From a bacterium (GTDB lineage: Bacteria > Patescibacteriota > Minisyncoccia > UBA6257 > GWB1-50-10), in assembly GCA_027310365.1 (NCBI GenBank), contig DAIDAY010000003.1, positions 1-52,927 on the forward strand: DNA of 52,927 nucleotides, written 5' to 3'. The translations under genes were made by a program, and so were the position numbers. The notes beneath the pieces were generated by a model. That model was not told the DNA's origin and did not search any database. It saw only the letters and a list, made by a program, of their open reading frames with translations. Of the stretch, positions 1-9,744 are shown piece by piece; the first letter of the stretch is position 1; every line of letters starts with the position of its first letter.

Positions 1-67
1 CTCCCAAGATGTGGATGCGCTCTTTCCTGCATACCACGCAATCCTTCTTGACTTCGGTGTGTTTCAT
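1..67 (-). CDS. Partial small protein running off the window edge; CxxC...H possible zinc ribbon
   Basis: ATG at 67 preceded by AGGAGG; translates MKHTEVKKDCVVCRKERIHILG. Confidence 0.5.
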   Translation of the reverse strand, partial: MKHTEVKKDCVVCRKERIHILG

Positions 68-413
68 TTTAACCTCCTATGTTTAAGAACTGGGCGTTGC
101 ACCGAGTTTCTCGATGCAACCCTCAATCCTCTATTGACGATTCAAGGGAGTCAAGGGAAGAGTAGGCTTAAAGAGATTGATCACTTTTCTTACCGCTCCG
201 ATAAGAAGACGCACACCGAGAATAGCTGAAAGCCCATAGTCAACCACTGTCGCCACTGCATCGCCAAACGTATTAAGATCGAATGACGGATGAATACCTA
301 TCGCCGGCAGGTAAGAACTTGCACTTTATTACCTTGCTTGATGTGCTTGTATAGAGTACCGCCAACCCCTATTATTTCGTCATCGGGGTGAGCCGCAATA
401 ATTAAGACTTTTT

Positions 414-1532
414 TCATGCTTTTGTTTTTTCCAGCCCTTCCACAATTGCAACCTCGAGGGGAATGCGGGGGAATTGGCTGTAGCGCATCTCGCCGTATGC
501 GGTGATGAGCGTTTTAATGAGGCCGACGTGGGCCGGCGTGAAGTTCTTCGCCTGGGCGAGGATCTTGCCGAGATGTTCGGCCATCATTTCTTTTTTGAAA
601 ACAGCTTCCATCTGCGGATTGGTGCGGAGAACGAGGATTCTCCGGAGATGCTGGATGACGTCGCGGAGGAACTGGCTCAAGCTGAACCCCCCGTCCGCGA
701 TCGACGAAACGAACTCCAGGGCTTTTGCTTGGTCGCCTTTCAAGAGGAACGCGACAAACTCATCAATTTTATCGAAGCCGATTTTCCCGACCGCTTTCTC
801 GATTTCCTCGACTTCGATGCTTTTGTCCCCGAGAGAGATCATTTGGTCGAGGAGGGATTCGGAATCGCGGAAGCTCCCTTCGGCGTAGTCGGCGATGAGA
901 TCGAGCGCCTCGTCGGAAATCTTGATTTTTTCTTCCTTCGCGATTTTCGTGAGCTTCTTCACGATTTCCTCGCGGGGAACGAGCTTGAAATAGAATTTCT
1001 GGGCGCGGGAGGCGATCGTCGCAGGAACTTTTTCCATTTCGGTCGTCGCGAGAATGATGATAATATACGAAGGCGGCTCTTCGAGCGTTTTCAAAAGCGC
1101 GTTCCAGGCGTCTTTCGTCAGCATATGCGCTTCGTCAATGATGTATACCTTGAAGCGGGAAGCCATCGGGGCGGTCCGGATGGATTCTTTGAGGTCGCGT
1201 ATCTCGTCGACGCCGCGGTTCGAAGCGCCGTCTATTTCGACGACGTCCAGGCTCTTCCCTTCGTCTATCGCGAGACACACCGTGCAGGCATTGCAGGGTT
1301 CTCCTTTTTCCTTGAACGCCGAGTCTTTCTCCCGTTTTTCGCAGTTCGCGATTTTGGCGAGGAGCCGCGCCGAGGTGGTCTTGCCGGTTCCGCGGGGGCC
1401 GGAAAGAATATAGGCGTGGGAAAGGCGATCGCGCTTGGCTTCCTCTTTCAATATCTTTACGATGGTCTCCTGGCCCAGAAGGTCCTCGAAGGTGGCCGGG
1501 CGGTATTTGCGGTAGATGGCCAAATGACTCAT
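414..1532 (-). CDS. dnaX: DNA polymerase III subunit gamma/tau
   Basis: YRKYRP..F..L.GQ start, Walker A GPRGTGKTT, PCNACTVC zinc motif, IIDEAHML, LLKTLEEPP; start moved to MSHLAIY. Confidence 0.97.
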   Translation of the reverse strand: MSHLAIYRKYRPATFEDLLGQETIVKILKEEAKRDRLSHAYILSGPRGTGKTTSARLLAKIANCEKREKDSAFKEKGEPCNACTVCLAIDEGKSLDVVEIDGASNRGVDEIRDLKESIRTAPMASRFKVYIIDEAHMLTKDAWNALLKTLEEPPSYIIIILATTEMEKVPATIASRAQKFYFKLVPREEIVKKLTKIAKEEKIKISDEALDLIADYAEGSFRDSESLLDQMISLGDKSIEVEEIEKAVGKIGFDKIDEFVAFLLKGDQAKALEFVSSIADGGFSLSQFLRDVIQHLRRILVLRTNPQMEAVFKKEMMAEHLGKILAQAKNFTPAHVGLIKTLITAYGEMRYSQFPRIPLEVAIVEGLEKTKA

Positions 1533-1551
1533 AGTAATAGTATAAGTCTCG

Positions 1552-2034
1552 ATGAGTGAAAAACCAACCATGGAAAACAAAACAGATTTAACGCTCAAAA
1601 GTTCCGCCTTCAAGGAAGGGGATATCATTCCACGAAAGTTCACGTGCGACGGCGACAACGTGAATCCACTCCTCGAAATAAAAAACGCGTCGGCGGGGAC
1701 AAAAAGTTTCGCGCTCATCGTGGACGATCCCGATGCGACGCGTGGCAGGACATGGGATCACTGGGTGATGTGGAATATCGACCCGAAGACGCAGTACATT
1801 ATGGAAGACAATTTGCCCTCTGGAGCGGTGCAGGGCTTGAATAGCAGCAATAAAAATAAATATGCGGGCCCGTGCCCGCCACAGGGTGCGAAACCGCACC
1901 GCTATATGTTCAAACTTTACGCGCTTGATACACTTCTCGACATTCCGGCTTCTTCGACAAAAGCACAGTTGGAATCCGCGATCGCGGGGCACGTGATCGG
2001 GCAGACGACGCTCATGGGACTCTACGGAAGATGA
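1552..2034 (+). CDS. YbhB/YbcL family Raf-kinase-inhibitor-like (PEBP) protein
   Basis: SSAF..G..IP, VDDPDA, WDHWV, YAGPCPP, HRY.F.LYALD motifs; start may be 1570. Confidence 0.92.
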   Translation: MSEKPTMENKTDLTLKSSAFKEGDIIPRKFTCDGDNVNPLLEIKNASAGTKSFALIVDDPDATRGRTWDHWVMWNIDPKTQYIMEDNLPSGAVQGLNSSNKNKYAGPCPPQGAKPHRYMFKLYALDTLLDIPASSTKAQLESAIAGHVIGQTTLMGLYGR

Positions 2035-2375
2035 TAGGGGTAAAAAAGAGATATCTTGAAAAGCCGTTCTTTCCGACGGCGGAGAAATATCTCTGGACGA
2101 TCCACTCGCGGTTCAAGATGAAGTATTATGGGATCGCCGAATCCCGCATGAAGCGCATCATCAGGTTCCCGGCGCGGTACGAGGAGGGGATAGTTCCGAA
2201 TACCGTTGCGGTCATGCAACCTGCCGGAACGAAGAAGTATTCCGAGATTTGGGCGATGTATAAGCTTGTCGGGAAGAAGTTGAAAGTAATAACGGTATGG
2301 CGCTACCCGGGTGTGAGCCCGAAGCGCGATCCCATCCCGCAGGAAATGTTGAAAGAAATCAGGAGCTTGCTATGA
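2031..2375 (+). CDS. Hypothetical basic protein, 114 aa
   Basis: ATGA overlaps with both neighbours; WTIHS..KM and ITVWRYPG look like conserved motifs; function unknown. Confidence 0.75.
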   Translation: MIGVKKRYLEKPFFPTAEKYLWTIHSRFKMKYYGIAESRMKRIIRFPARYEEGIVPNTVAVMQPAGTKKYSEIWAMYKLVGKKLKVITVWRYPGVSPKRDPIPQEMLKEIRSLL

Positions 2376-2947
2376 GGAAAATTCTCGGCGAGAAATTTTT
2401 CAACCGGCCGACGCTCAAAGTTGCCGAGAGTTTGCTCGGGAAATATTTAGTGAGAAAATACCGAGGCAAAACCATTGCGGCGATGATAATCGAGGTGGAG
2501 GCGTATGACGGGCCGAACGATAAGGCATCCCATGCTTCCCACGGCAAGACGGAACGGACGAAAATCATGTTCGGGCCGGCGGGACATTGGTACGTTTATT
2601 TCACTTACGGCATGCACTGGATCGTGAACATCGTGACCGGGAAAAAAGACTACCCGGCCGCCGTTCTCATCCGCGCTATTCAAACTATCGACGTCGGACG
2701 TCGATATGTTGGCGGGCCGGCGAGGGTGACGAAATTTTTCAAAATAGACAAAAAGTTCAATAGCAAGGCGGCGAACAAAAAAACCGGCCTTTGGATTGAA
2801 GACCGGGGAATCAAAATCAAGAAGTCTAAAATGCAAAGGGGTCCGCGCATAGGTATTAATTATGCCGGACCCGTTTGGTCCAAAAAAAAGTACAACCTCC
2901 ACCTTAAACCTCAGCTTTTTTGGTGGTGGGATGGCTTCAGTGAGTGA
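2372..2947 (+). CDS. 3-methyladenine DNA glycosylase (MPG/AAG family)
   Basis: LLGKYLVR, IIEVEAY.G..D.ASH, YVYFTYGMH, AVLIRA, PRIGI motifs. Confidence 0.95.
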   Translation: MRKILGEKFFNRPTLKVAESLLGKYLVRKYRGKTIAAMIIEVEAYDGPNDKASHASHGKTERTKIMFGPAGHWYVYFTYGMHWIVNIVTGKKDYPAAVLIRAIQTIDVGRRYVGGPARVTKFFKIDKKFNSKAANKKTGLWIEDRGIKIKKSKMQRGPRIGINYAGPVWSKKKYNLHLKPQLFWWWDGFSE

Positions 2948-3186
2948 TCTCTCCGACATTGCCGCCACTCTCGGAATGTCGTTGGGATCCGATGAATCCC
3001 GTAGATGAACCCGAAAAGGAGCAGTGCGATGTAAATTCCTCTTCGTTTCCATGATGGCCGATGATGGTCGCGTGAACGGTAGCCATACATGATGAAACCG
3101 TTGACCATCAGGACAAGCACTCCGATAACTAACACGACTGCGCGGAGTGCTTCTTGGTCCCTAAGTGTTTCAAAATGAAACTCCAT
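2911..3186 (-). CDS. Small two-TM hypothetical membrane protein
   Basis: AGGAGG SD, consensus promoter upstream, two hydrophobic stretches. Confidence 0.65.
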   Translation of the reverse strand: MEFHFETLRDQEALRAVVLVIGVLVLMVNGFIMYGYRSRDHHRPSWKRRGIYIALLLFGFIYGIHRIPTTFREWRQCRRDHSLKPSHHQKS

Positions 3187-3226
3187 TTATTACCCTCCTT
3201 TATAGTTTTTTTTAAAAACGACTTTC

Positions 3227-3256
3227 ATTATAATCGCAGGACCAAACTCTTGTCAA
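3227..3256 (-). promoter_or_regulatory. Sigma70-type promoter TTGACA-18-TATAAT for the 91-aa gene
   Basis: Perfect -35 and -10 hexamers on the minus strand. Confidence 0.7.
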
Positions 3257-3430
3257 ATGCATAAATAAATGTTGTAAAGAAAACTTGCCGCCTATTCTGC
3301 CCCAACCTCAAATGTTTTTTGAGAGTAGTGCCGTAGATTCCCGCGTGCCGATGCAAGCCCGAGAATTTTCTCAGGTTTATGCATCCTGCATGAAAACTAT
3401 TCTGCGAAGGTATTTTTGAGATAGGTTCTC

Positions 3431-3621
3431 GTTGTTTTCCCGTTCCTTCCTCTTCGCTTGCCTCCTGTGCATGCGCAGGCGGGCATGAAGAAACGCTTGC
3501 CCCGCATCATGCAAGGCTTTGGCGCGGAGAGGACGAAGAGTGGTCCAGCCTTCGCAGCCGAAATAGCTTCGGCGGAGCAGGTAGCGCGAGTTCCACGCTG
3601 AGGAATGTGGTAGCGTGTTTG
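3431..3621 (+). repeat. Composite dispersed repeat (module D plus family C)
   Basis: 3431-3484 resembles the reverse complement of 52783-52827; 3543-3620 resembles 29885-29960 (gtccagccttcgc..gcttcggcggagcagg). Confidence 0.8.
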
Positions 3622-3640
3622 CGTATGAAAATCTCTTCCC

Positions 3641-6600
3641 TCACAATTCTTTTACTCGGTCGCAGATGAACTTGGTGTCGCCGTTTTTCCAGGAAACACA
3701 TCCCTCTACCATCACCACGTTGTTTTCTCGCCACGCGTTTTGGTTTTCGCGGAGGATACTATTGAAAACCAGGAGTTCTATGGAATCGTTGGTGTCTTCG
3801 AGCGTGACAAACATCATCGGCTGGCCGGTTTTCGTCACTATTTTCTGAACCTTGCTCACGACGCCCGCCAAGATGATTTTGGGAGACCGTTCGCCGTTTT
3901 TGGGAAGGGTAAGAGCGTATTTCACGTTTTTCACGATGCCGTTGCCGTTGAGTTTGTCGGCATGGCCGTTGATCGGGTGATCGGTCAGGAAGAGCCCCAA
4001 GAGTTCTTTTTCCCACGACATGATTGATCGCTTGTCGGCAAATTTTCCAGGGTTCAATTTTATTTTGCTGAACTGTTTTTCTCCCGAGAAGAGGGAAAAT
4101 TGGTTGCTCCCCGTATTTTTCTTTGCGGCTTGGTTGAAATCAATGAGGCGGTCCATATTGTCGAGGAGCTCGCCGCGGTCAAGGCTGAAAGAATCGAATG
4201 TGCCGACTTTCACGAGGCTTTCCAGCGATTTCTTGTTGAGGTCACGGTCTTGTACCCGCGAGAGAAAATCGCTCAAATCCTCGTAGGGGCCGCGGAGCGA
4301 CCGTTCTTCGATGATTTTCTCCACGATGTGGAGCCCGACGTTTTTCACGGCGGCAAGCCCGAACCTGATGTTTTCTCCGTCGACCGTGAAGCTCTGGAAA
4401 CTCATATTGATGTCCGGCGGGAGAACTTTGATGCCCAGGCGTTTCGTTTCACTGATCAAGAAGCTGATTCGTTCCACGTCAGCGCCGGAGGTATTGAGAA
4501 GGCTCGCCGCGAATTCCCGAGGATAGTGGGCTTTGAGATACGCCGTCTCATAGCTGATCATTGCGTAGCAAGCGGCATGCGATCGGTTGAATCCATAGCG
4601 GGCGAACGGGGGGAAGAGTTCCCAGATTTCGTTCGCCGTTTTTTTGTTGATGCCATTTTTCACCATGCCCTCGGTGAGCTTTTCTTTTTGTTCATCGAGC
4701 AGTTTCTTGATTTTCTTGCCGATGGCTTTCCGAAGCGTGTCAGCTTCGGCGAGCGTGTATCCCGCCAAGTCCCGTGCGATTCTCATCATCTGTTCTTGGT
4801 AGATGCCGACGCCGTAGGTGCTTTTCAGAATCGGCTCGAGTTTCGGATGGAGATAGGTTACTTCTTCCTTGCCGAACTTCCGGTTGATGTACGAAGGAAT
4901 CAGTTCCATCGGTCCCGGCCGGTACAGAGCCCCCATGACGATGATATCCTCGAGTTCCGTCGGCCTCAGTTCTTTCAGGTATCTCCGCATGCCGGACGAT
5001 TCCAGCTGGAAGATGCCCGTTGTTTCTCCCGATTGGAGAAGTTCGAATGTTTTCTTATCGTCAAGGGGCAAGCGTTCGATGTTTATGTCTACGCCGTGGA
5101 TTTCTTTCACGACGCGGAGCGTTTCTTCGATGGTACTGAGGTTCCTGAGTCCCAGGAAGTCCATTTTCAAAATTCCCAAGTCTTCGACGCTGTGCATTTC
5201 AAATTGCGTAATGACGGAATTTTCTCCTTGCGGCGCTTTTTGGAGGGGCATGAAGTTGGTCAAGGGTTCCGGCGCGATCACGACGCCGCATGCATGGACC
5301 GAAGCGTGCCGCGCGGTTCCTTCGAGTTTGATGGCCGAGTTGATGATTCTTTTGGCGTCAGGATCCTTGTTGTAAAGGGCTTTCAGTTCAGGAAGCGTTT
5401 CCAGGGACTGCTTCAAGTTCACATTGAAGGGGATGAGCTTCGCTATGTGGTCGCCCAGACTGTAGGGAAGGCCTAAAGCCCGTGCGACATCCCGCACGGC
5501 CGCTTTTGACATCATCATTCCGAACGTGATGATTTGAGCTACTCGGTCATCGCCATACTTGTCTTTGACGTACGACAAGACCTCGTCTCTCCGGAGGTCC
5601 GTAAAATCGATATCGATATCCGGTGCTTGGATTCTGTCGGGGTTGAGGAACCGCTCGAAGAGCAGATCGTATTTCAGGGGGTCTAAAGCCGTGATGCCGA
5701 GAATATAGGAAACGATGCTCCCCGCAGCGGATCCGCGGCCGGGGCCGACGACGATGCCGTGATCCTTGGCCCAGTTGACGTAGTCTTGAACGATGAGGAA
5801 ATAATCGGCAAATCCGGTTTTTTCGATGACACCGAGTTCCATCTCGACCCTCTTCTTCACCTCGTCGGTTATTTCTGAATATCTCTTGCTGATCCTCTCA
5901 TCCACCAATTCTTTCACGTATTTCATGGAGGTCTTTCCGTCGGGTACCGGGAATTTGGGAAGGTGGATTTTTCCGAGCTCGATTTCCAAGTTGCATTTCT
6001 CCGCGATCTTCATGGTATTTGCCACCGCTTCCGGAGCATCGGCGAAAAATTCCGCCATCTCGTCGCCGCTCCGGAAGTGCAAGTCGTAATTTTTTAAAGA
6101 CATCCGTTCGCCATCGGTCACTTTTGCATTCGTTTGGACGGCCAAAAGTATTTCATGTTCCGTTTTATCGGAGGTCTCGAGGTAATGGCTGTCCTGCGTC
6201 GCCACGACCGCGACGCCGATTTTTCGAGCAAGTGCAATTGCCCTCTTGTTTAAATCCGGGGTGTGCGGTTGGAGTTCGATATAAAAGTCTTCGCCGAAAA
6301 CTTTCCGATACCACAAGGCCGTCTCCTCGGCTTCGCGCAGCTTTTGGGATTCAAGGAGGCGCGCCATTTCTCCGGAAGAGCACCCGGAAATGCAGATAAG
6401 CCCTTCGTGGTATTTTTCCAAAATCTCTTTGTCGATTCTCGGCTTGTAGTAAAATCCTTCGATGTGGGAAGCGGTGACGAGCTTGATGAGATTCTTCCAG
6501 CCAGCGTCGTTTTTCGCGAGGAGAATCAGGTGATACCTCGTTTCATCGATTTTCGGCCGCTTATTGAGGCGGCCGTACGGCGCGACGTACGTTTCGACGC

Positions 6601-6790
6601 CGATGATCGGTTTGATGTTTTCTTTTTTCGCCTTTTTATAGAATTCTATCGAGGCATAGAGATTTCCATGGTCGGTGACTGCAAGCGCATCCATGTCGAG
6701 CGCTTTCGCTTTCTCCACGAGGCCGTCAACTTTCGAGAGGCCGTCCAAGAGGGAGAAATGCGAATGCGTGTGAAGATGAACAAATTTCAT
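3641..6790 (-). CDS. dnaE: DNA polymerase III subunit alpha
   Basis: PHP HLHTHSHFSLLDG, GPGRGSAAGS, PDIDIDF, GFNRSHA, C-terminal OB fold. Confidence 0.98.
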   Translation of the reverse strand: MKFVHLHTHSHFSLLDGLSKVDGLVEKAKALDMDALAVTDHGNLYASIEFYKKAKKENIKPIIGVETYVAPYGRLNKRPKIDETRYHLILLAKNDAGWKNLIKLVTASHIEGFYYKPRIDKEILEKYHEGLICISGCSSGEMARLLESQKLREAEETALWYRKVFGEDFYIELQPHTPDLNKRAIALARKIGVAVVATQDSHYLETSDKTEHEILLAVQTNAKVTDGERMSLKNYDLHFRSGDEMAEFFADAPEAVANTMKIAEKCNLEIELGKIHLPKFPVPDGKTSMKYVKELVDERISKRYSEITDEVKKRVEMELGVIEKTGFADYFLIVQDYVNWAKDHGIVVGPGRGSAAGSIVSYILGITALDPLKYDLLFERFLNPDRIQAPDIDIDFTDLRRDEVLSYVKDKYGDDRVAQIITFGMMMSKAAVRDVARALGLPYSLGDHIAKLIPFNVNLKQSLETLPELKALYNKDPDAKRIINSAIKLEGTARHASVHACGVVIAPEPLTNFMPLQKAPQGENSVITQFEMHSVEDLGILKMDFLGLRNLSTIEETLRVVKEIHGVDINIERLPLDDKKTFELLQSGETTGIFQLESSGMRRYLKELRPTELEDIIVMGALYRPGPMELIPSYINRKFGKEEVTYLHPKLEPILKSTYGVGIYQEQMMRIARDLAGYTLAEADTLRKAIGKKIKKLLDEQKEKLTEGMVKNGINKKTANEIWELFPPFARYGFNRSHAACYAMISYETAYLKAHYPREFAASLLNTSGADVERISFLISETKRLGIKVLPPDINMSFQSFTVDGENIRFGLAAVKNVGLHIVEKIIEERSLRGPYEDLSDFLSRVQDRDLNKKSLESLVKVGTFDSFSLDRGELLDNMDRLIDFNQAAKKNTGSNQFSLFSGEKQFSKIKLNPGKFADKRSIMSWEKELLGLFLTDHPINGHADKLNGNGIVKNVKYALTLPKNGERSPKIILAGVVSKVQKIVTKTGQPMMFVTLEDTNDSIELLVFNSILRENQNAWRENNVVMVEGCVSWKNGDTKFICDRVKEL

Positions 6791-6949
6791 GGGATTTGGG
6801 AGCGGCGCCGTCTCGCCGTTTCGCGGCTTCCCGGACGGCGGAGTGCGTCTCTCCCGACGTTACCCCTTCATTATAGAGAGTTCAGTTTCAAAAACAATGT
6901 CTTATCCGCCGTTTTTTATAGCTTGCCCGATTGGGGTATAATCTTCGCA

Positions 6950-7543
6950 ATGCTCCAGCAATACATAATCGGAGTGGATGAAGTGGGACGAGGGCCTTTG
7001 GCCGGACCCCTTATGGTTTGTGCGGCAGCCATTCCGAAAGGGATGAGACTGAATTTTCTCCCGAACGGCGTGAAAATCAATGATTCAAAAAAGCTCACAG
7101 CGAAGTCGCGGGAGGCATGGGCAAAAAAACTGAAGGGAAGAGAAATCGTTTTTGCGATCTCAAGCGTTTCGCCCAATACGATTGACAAGATAAATATTTC
7201 TCGCGCCGCAAACCTTGCCGTCCGGAGATCCGTGGAGAAACTCTCCGCGAAAAACGGGATTCCGATCGAACACTCGGTGATTTTTTTGGATGGGGGATTA
7301 CATTTCCCCGGCGGGCGCACAGTCATTAAAGCCGATCAAAAAATCAAAGCCGTCATGGCGGCGTCAATTCTCGCGAAGGTAAGACGTGACAAATATATGA
7401 AAAAACTTTCCGTGAAATATCCAGTCTATGGATTCGAGAGACATGTGGGGTACGGAACGCGGGCGCACATTGCGGCGATCAAGAAACACGGCTTGAGTCC
7501 CGTGCACCGGAAAACGTTCTGCAGGTTTGTGGCAGGTCAATGA
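6950..7543 (+). CDS. rnhB: Ribonuclease HII
   Basis: GVDEVGRGPLAGP, DSKKL, AASILAKV.RD, GYGT..H. Confidence 0.96.
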   Translation: MLQQYIIGVDEVGRGPLAGPLMVCAAAIPKGMRLNFLPNGVKINDSKKLTAKSREAWAKKLKGREIVFAISSVSPNTIDKINISRAANLAVRRSVEKLSAKNGIPIEHSVIFLDGGLHFPGGRTVIKADQKIKAVMAASILAKVRRDKYMKKLSVKYPVYGFERHVGYGTRAHIAAIKKHGLSPVHRKTFCRFVAGQ

Positions 7544-7656
7544 ATCACCGCACGCAAGCGATGGGGTATTGCCAAGGCAATCTCTCGACCCGCGGACTCG
7601 CTCGGGATTTTTAGCGCGCACACAACCTCCACGGGCACGCACCCGTGGGAAATTCA
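7541..7656. mobile_element. Small element with two subterminal hairpins, IS200/IS605-end-like, between convergent rnhB and murC
   Basis: tgaatcaccgcacgcaagcgatggggtat ... ccacgggcacgcacccgtgggaaattca; family resemblance is inferred. Confidence 0.45.
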
Positions 7657-9111
7657 GTCATCTGTCAATAAAGAGCCGGTGGAACGCTTTGACAGCAACT
7701 CATCGGTGTGGTCCGCGATCGTTCCCGCGCCCATCATGACTATCACAAACTTCTCCTCCTTCGCTGAAGTTCCGGAGAGCACGTTCTTCGGGGGTTTGGG
7801 GGGGGCGATGATCTCTCGAAGAATTTGCGGGAGCTTTTTGTAGTTGTTGCAGAACAAAACATCGAGATTTCTGTTCAGCCGCTTGATCTTTTTGGCTAAA
7901 TTTTCCGAGGTGTACGTCTTATTGACCTTATCCCGGCCGGCAACTTTATACGTCGGCATGAGAACAAGGCAATCAGCCCTGTCAAACGCAGTCAAAAATT
8001 CCTCAAAAAGGTTTTGGAGACGCTTGGCCTGGTGTGGTTCAAAAACACAGATGATTTTGTATTTCGGAAATTTCTCGCGGAATGCCGAAAGCGTCGCATT
8101 GATCTCGGTCGGATGATGGGCGTAATCGTCATACACCGGTATTTTGCATTTGGTATACCGTATTTTGTATTTTTTGACGTTCAAATCGCCGCGCTCCTCG
8201 AACCGACGCCATGCACCTTTGTACTCGCGGAAGGTTGAGAGGATCACTTTTTCTTCGATATCCAATTCTTTCGCGAGCATGAGAACCGCAAGCGCATTCA
8301 TGAGATTGTGTTCGCCGGGAATGGAAAGCGTTTTCTTCAGTTTCGACTTCAAGTCTGTCCGATCGGCAAGCGAGTACCAGATGACATTCGCAGACTTTTC
8401 CCTTGCGACTCTCTCGATGTCTTTCCTGATTTTTAAGAGATTCTCATTGTCCTTGTTCACCACGAGCGTTCCGCCGAGTTTCATGTTGGCAATGAATTTC
8501 AAAAATGTTCTCTCGACATTCTCAAAACTTTTGTAGAAATCCAAATGTTCCTTGTCGATGTTCGTGATGATGACGAAGGTGGGGGAATAGTTCAAGAACG
8601 CCGCTTTCCATTCATCGGCCTCAAGCACGAGATAGTCCCCCTGACCAAAACGGAAATTCGTGTCGCCAAATTCTTTGAGTTTTGTTCCCACGATAACCGT
8701 CGGGTCGAAACCCGCTTTCATCAAAACGAGAGACAAGAGAGAGGTGGTCGTACTCTTCCCGTGGGCTCCGGCGACGGCAAAGGTCTCATACCCGCGAGTC
8801 AGTTCTCCGACAGCCTCGGGGTAGGAGTAGGTCGGCAAACCCCGCTTTCTAGCTTCCAAAAGCTCGGGGTTCCCTTCGGGAATGGCGTTATTATAGATAA
8901 CCAGGCCTATTTTAGTCTCTAAATTGCCCTTTTTATGGCCTATTTTGACTTTTACGCCGTCTTTTCTCAGACCGAGGGTTATCTTACTTTCCGTGATATC
9001 AGACCCGGAAACAGCCCAATTTTGAGCCTTGAACCAACGGGCAAGGGAACTCATCCCGATTCCGCCGATGCCTATGAAATGAACGCTTTTTTCCTTGATA
9101 TGATCGAACAC
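7654..9111 (-). CDS. murC: UDP-N-acetylmuramate--L-alanine ligase
   Basis: HFIGIGGIGMS, AGAHGKSTTT, VLEADE, DDYAHHPTEI; probable GTG start at 9111. Confidence 0.96.
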   Translation of the reverse strand: MFDHIKEKSVHFIGIGGIGMSSLARWFKAQNWAVSGSDITESKITLGLRKDGVKVKIGHKKGNLETKIGLVIYNNAIPEGNPELLEARKRGLPTYSYPEAVGELTRGYETFAVAGAHGKSTTTSLLSLVLMKAGFDPTVIVGTKLKEFGDTNFRFGQGDYLVLEADEWKAAFLNYSPTFVIITNIDKEHLDFYKSFENVERTFLKFIANMKLGGTLVVNKDNENLLKIRKDIERVAREKSANVIWYSLADRTDLKSKLKKTLSIPGEHNLMNALAVLMLAKELDIEEKVILSTFREYKGAWRRFEERGDLNVKKYKIRYTKCKIPVYDDYAHHPTEINATLSAFREKFPKYKIICVFEPHQAKRLQNLFEEFLTAFDRADCLVLMPTYKVAGRDKVNKTYTSENLAKKIKRLNRNLDVLFCNNYKKLPQILREIIAPPKPPKNVLSGTSAKEEKFVIVMMGAGTIADHTDELLSKRSTGSLLTDD

Positions 9112-9673
9112 AAAAGTGGGGATAATTATGCTATAGGGTACTCCAAAAAGAACAGAAATTCCAGAGAGGGATGAAATAGCCATTGCTCAAGCCCAACGGA
9201 TAAGACCGGACAAGGGTTTGATTTTCTTCCCACTGATCCTGGAGGCGATACCGAAAACAGGAGGTGGCAAAGCACGCTTTTGGTCCACAACTTTGACCAT
9301 GAAATCTCGGAGGAAGCGGTACGATATTACCGTAAATGCGGGATTTTTCATCCGTCGTCCATTCCGGAAGCCATCTAGAGGGAACCCCTCATGAGTGGAG
9401 AAGGATAGAAGTTTTACGATAGGCGACAGCGATCCTGCCGCTTATCTCTTTATTCCTTATCTGTCGCACAAGGTATATTTTGCGCACCATCATCAGGCGT
9501 TGGGTCATTTTAACGGTGTTCGTTTTCTGTCACATCTTACGTCACGTCGAAAACCCAATGTAACGACGTGCTGGCGTTTCGAGCGTGAGAATTCTTTTTC
9601 CTGCATTGAAGTCAACCGCACAGCGATTTCCAATGACTCGGTATCCCACTTTGTTTTCCTTAATGTACAAAAT

Positions 9674-9696
9674 AAAACCGCCCCGGAGGGCAGGTC
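9674..9696 (-). terminator. Probable intrinsic terminator
   Basis: gacctgccctccggggcggtttt on the minus strand after the 122-aa gene. Confidence 0.5.
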
Positions 9697-9744
9697 TCGA
9701 AAGTTTTGAAATCCCAAACCTTCTCTTCGGGCCAACGAGGAAAG

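Noticed and set aside
130-330. Hydrophobic peptide fragment on the minus strand downstream of dnaX
   Set aside because: No start codon in frame, and too short to support even a pseudogene call.
474-5476. Long antisense ORFs (e.g. 474-1559, 4100-5476; also 24040-25296)
   Set aside because: They are shadows of well-supported genes on the opposite strand and carry no recognisable motifs.
3641-6790. Intein or intron in dnaE or rpoBC
   Set aside because: The ORFs are continuous, of normal or short length, with no splicing motifs.
6791-6876. SRP RNA or a known riboswitch before dnaE
   Set aside because: It lacks the SRP domain IV CAGG..GGAA..AGCAG signature, and I could not match a known aptamer.
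6263-6949. N-terminal extensions in the ORF track (rnhB; also dnaX, M23 peptidase, ftsW, murC)
   Set aside because: They overlap neighbouring genes or precede the conserved N-terminal motifs, so downstream starts were used.
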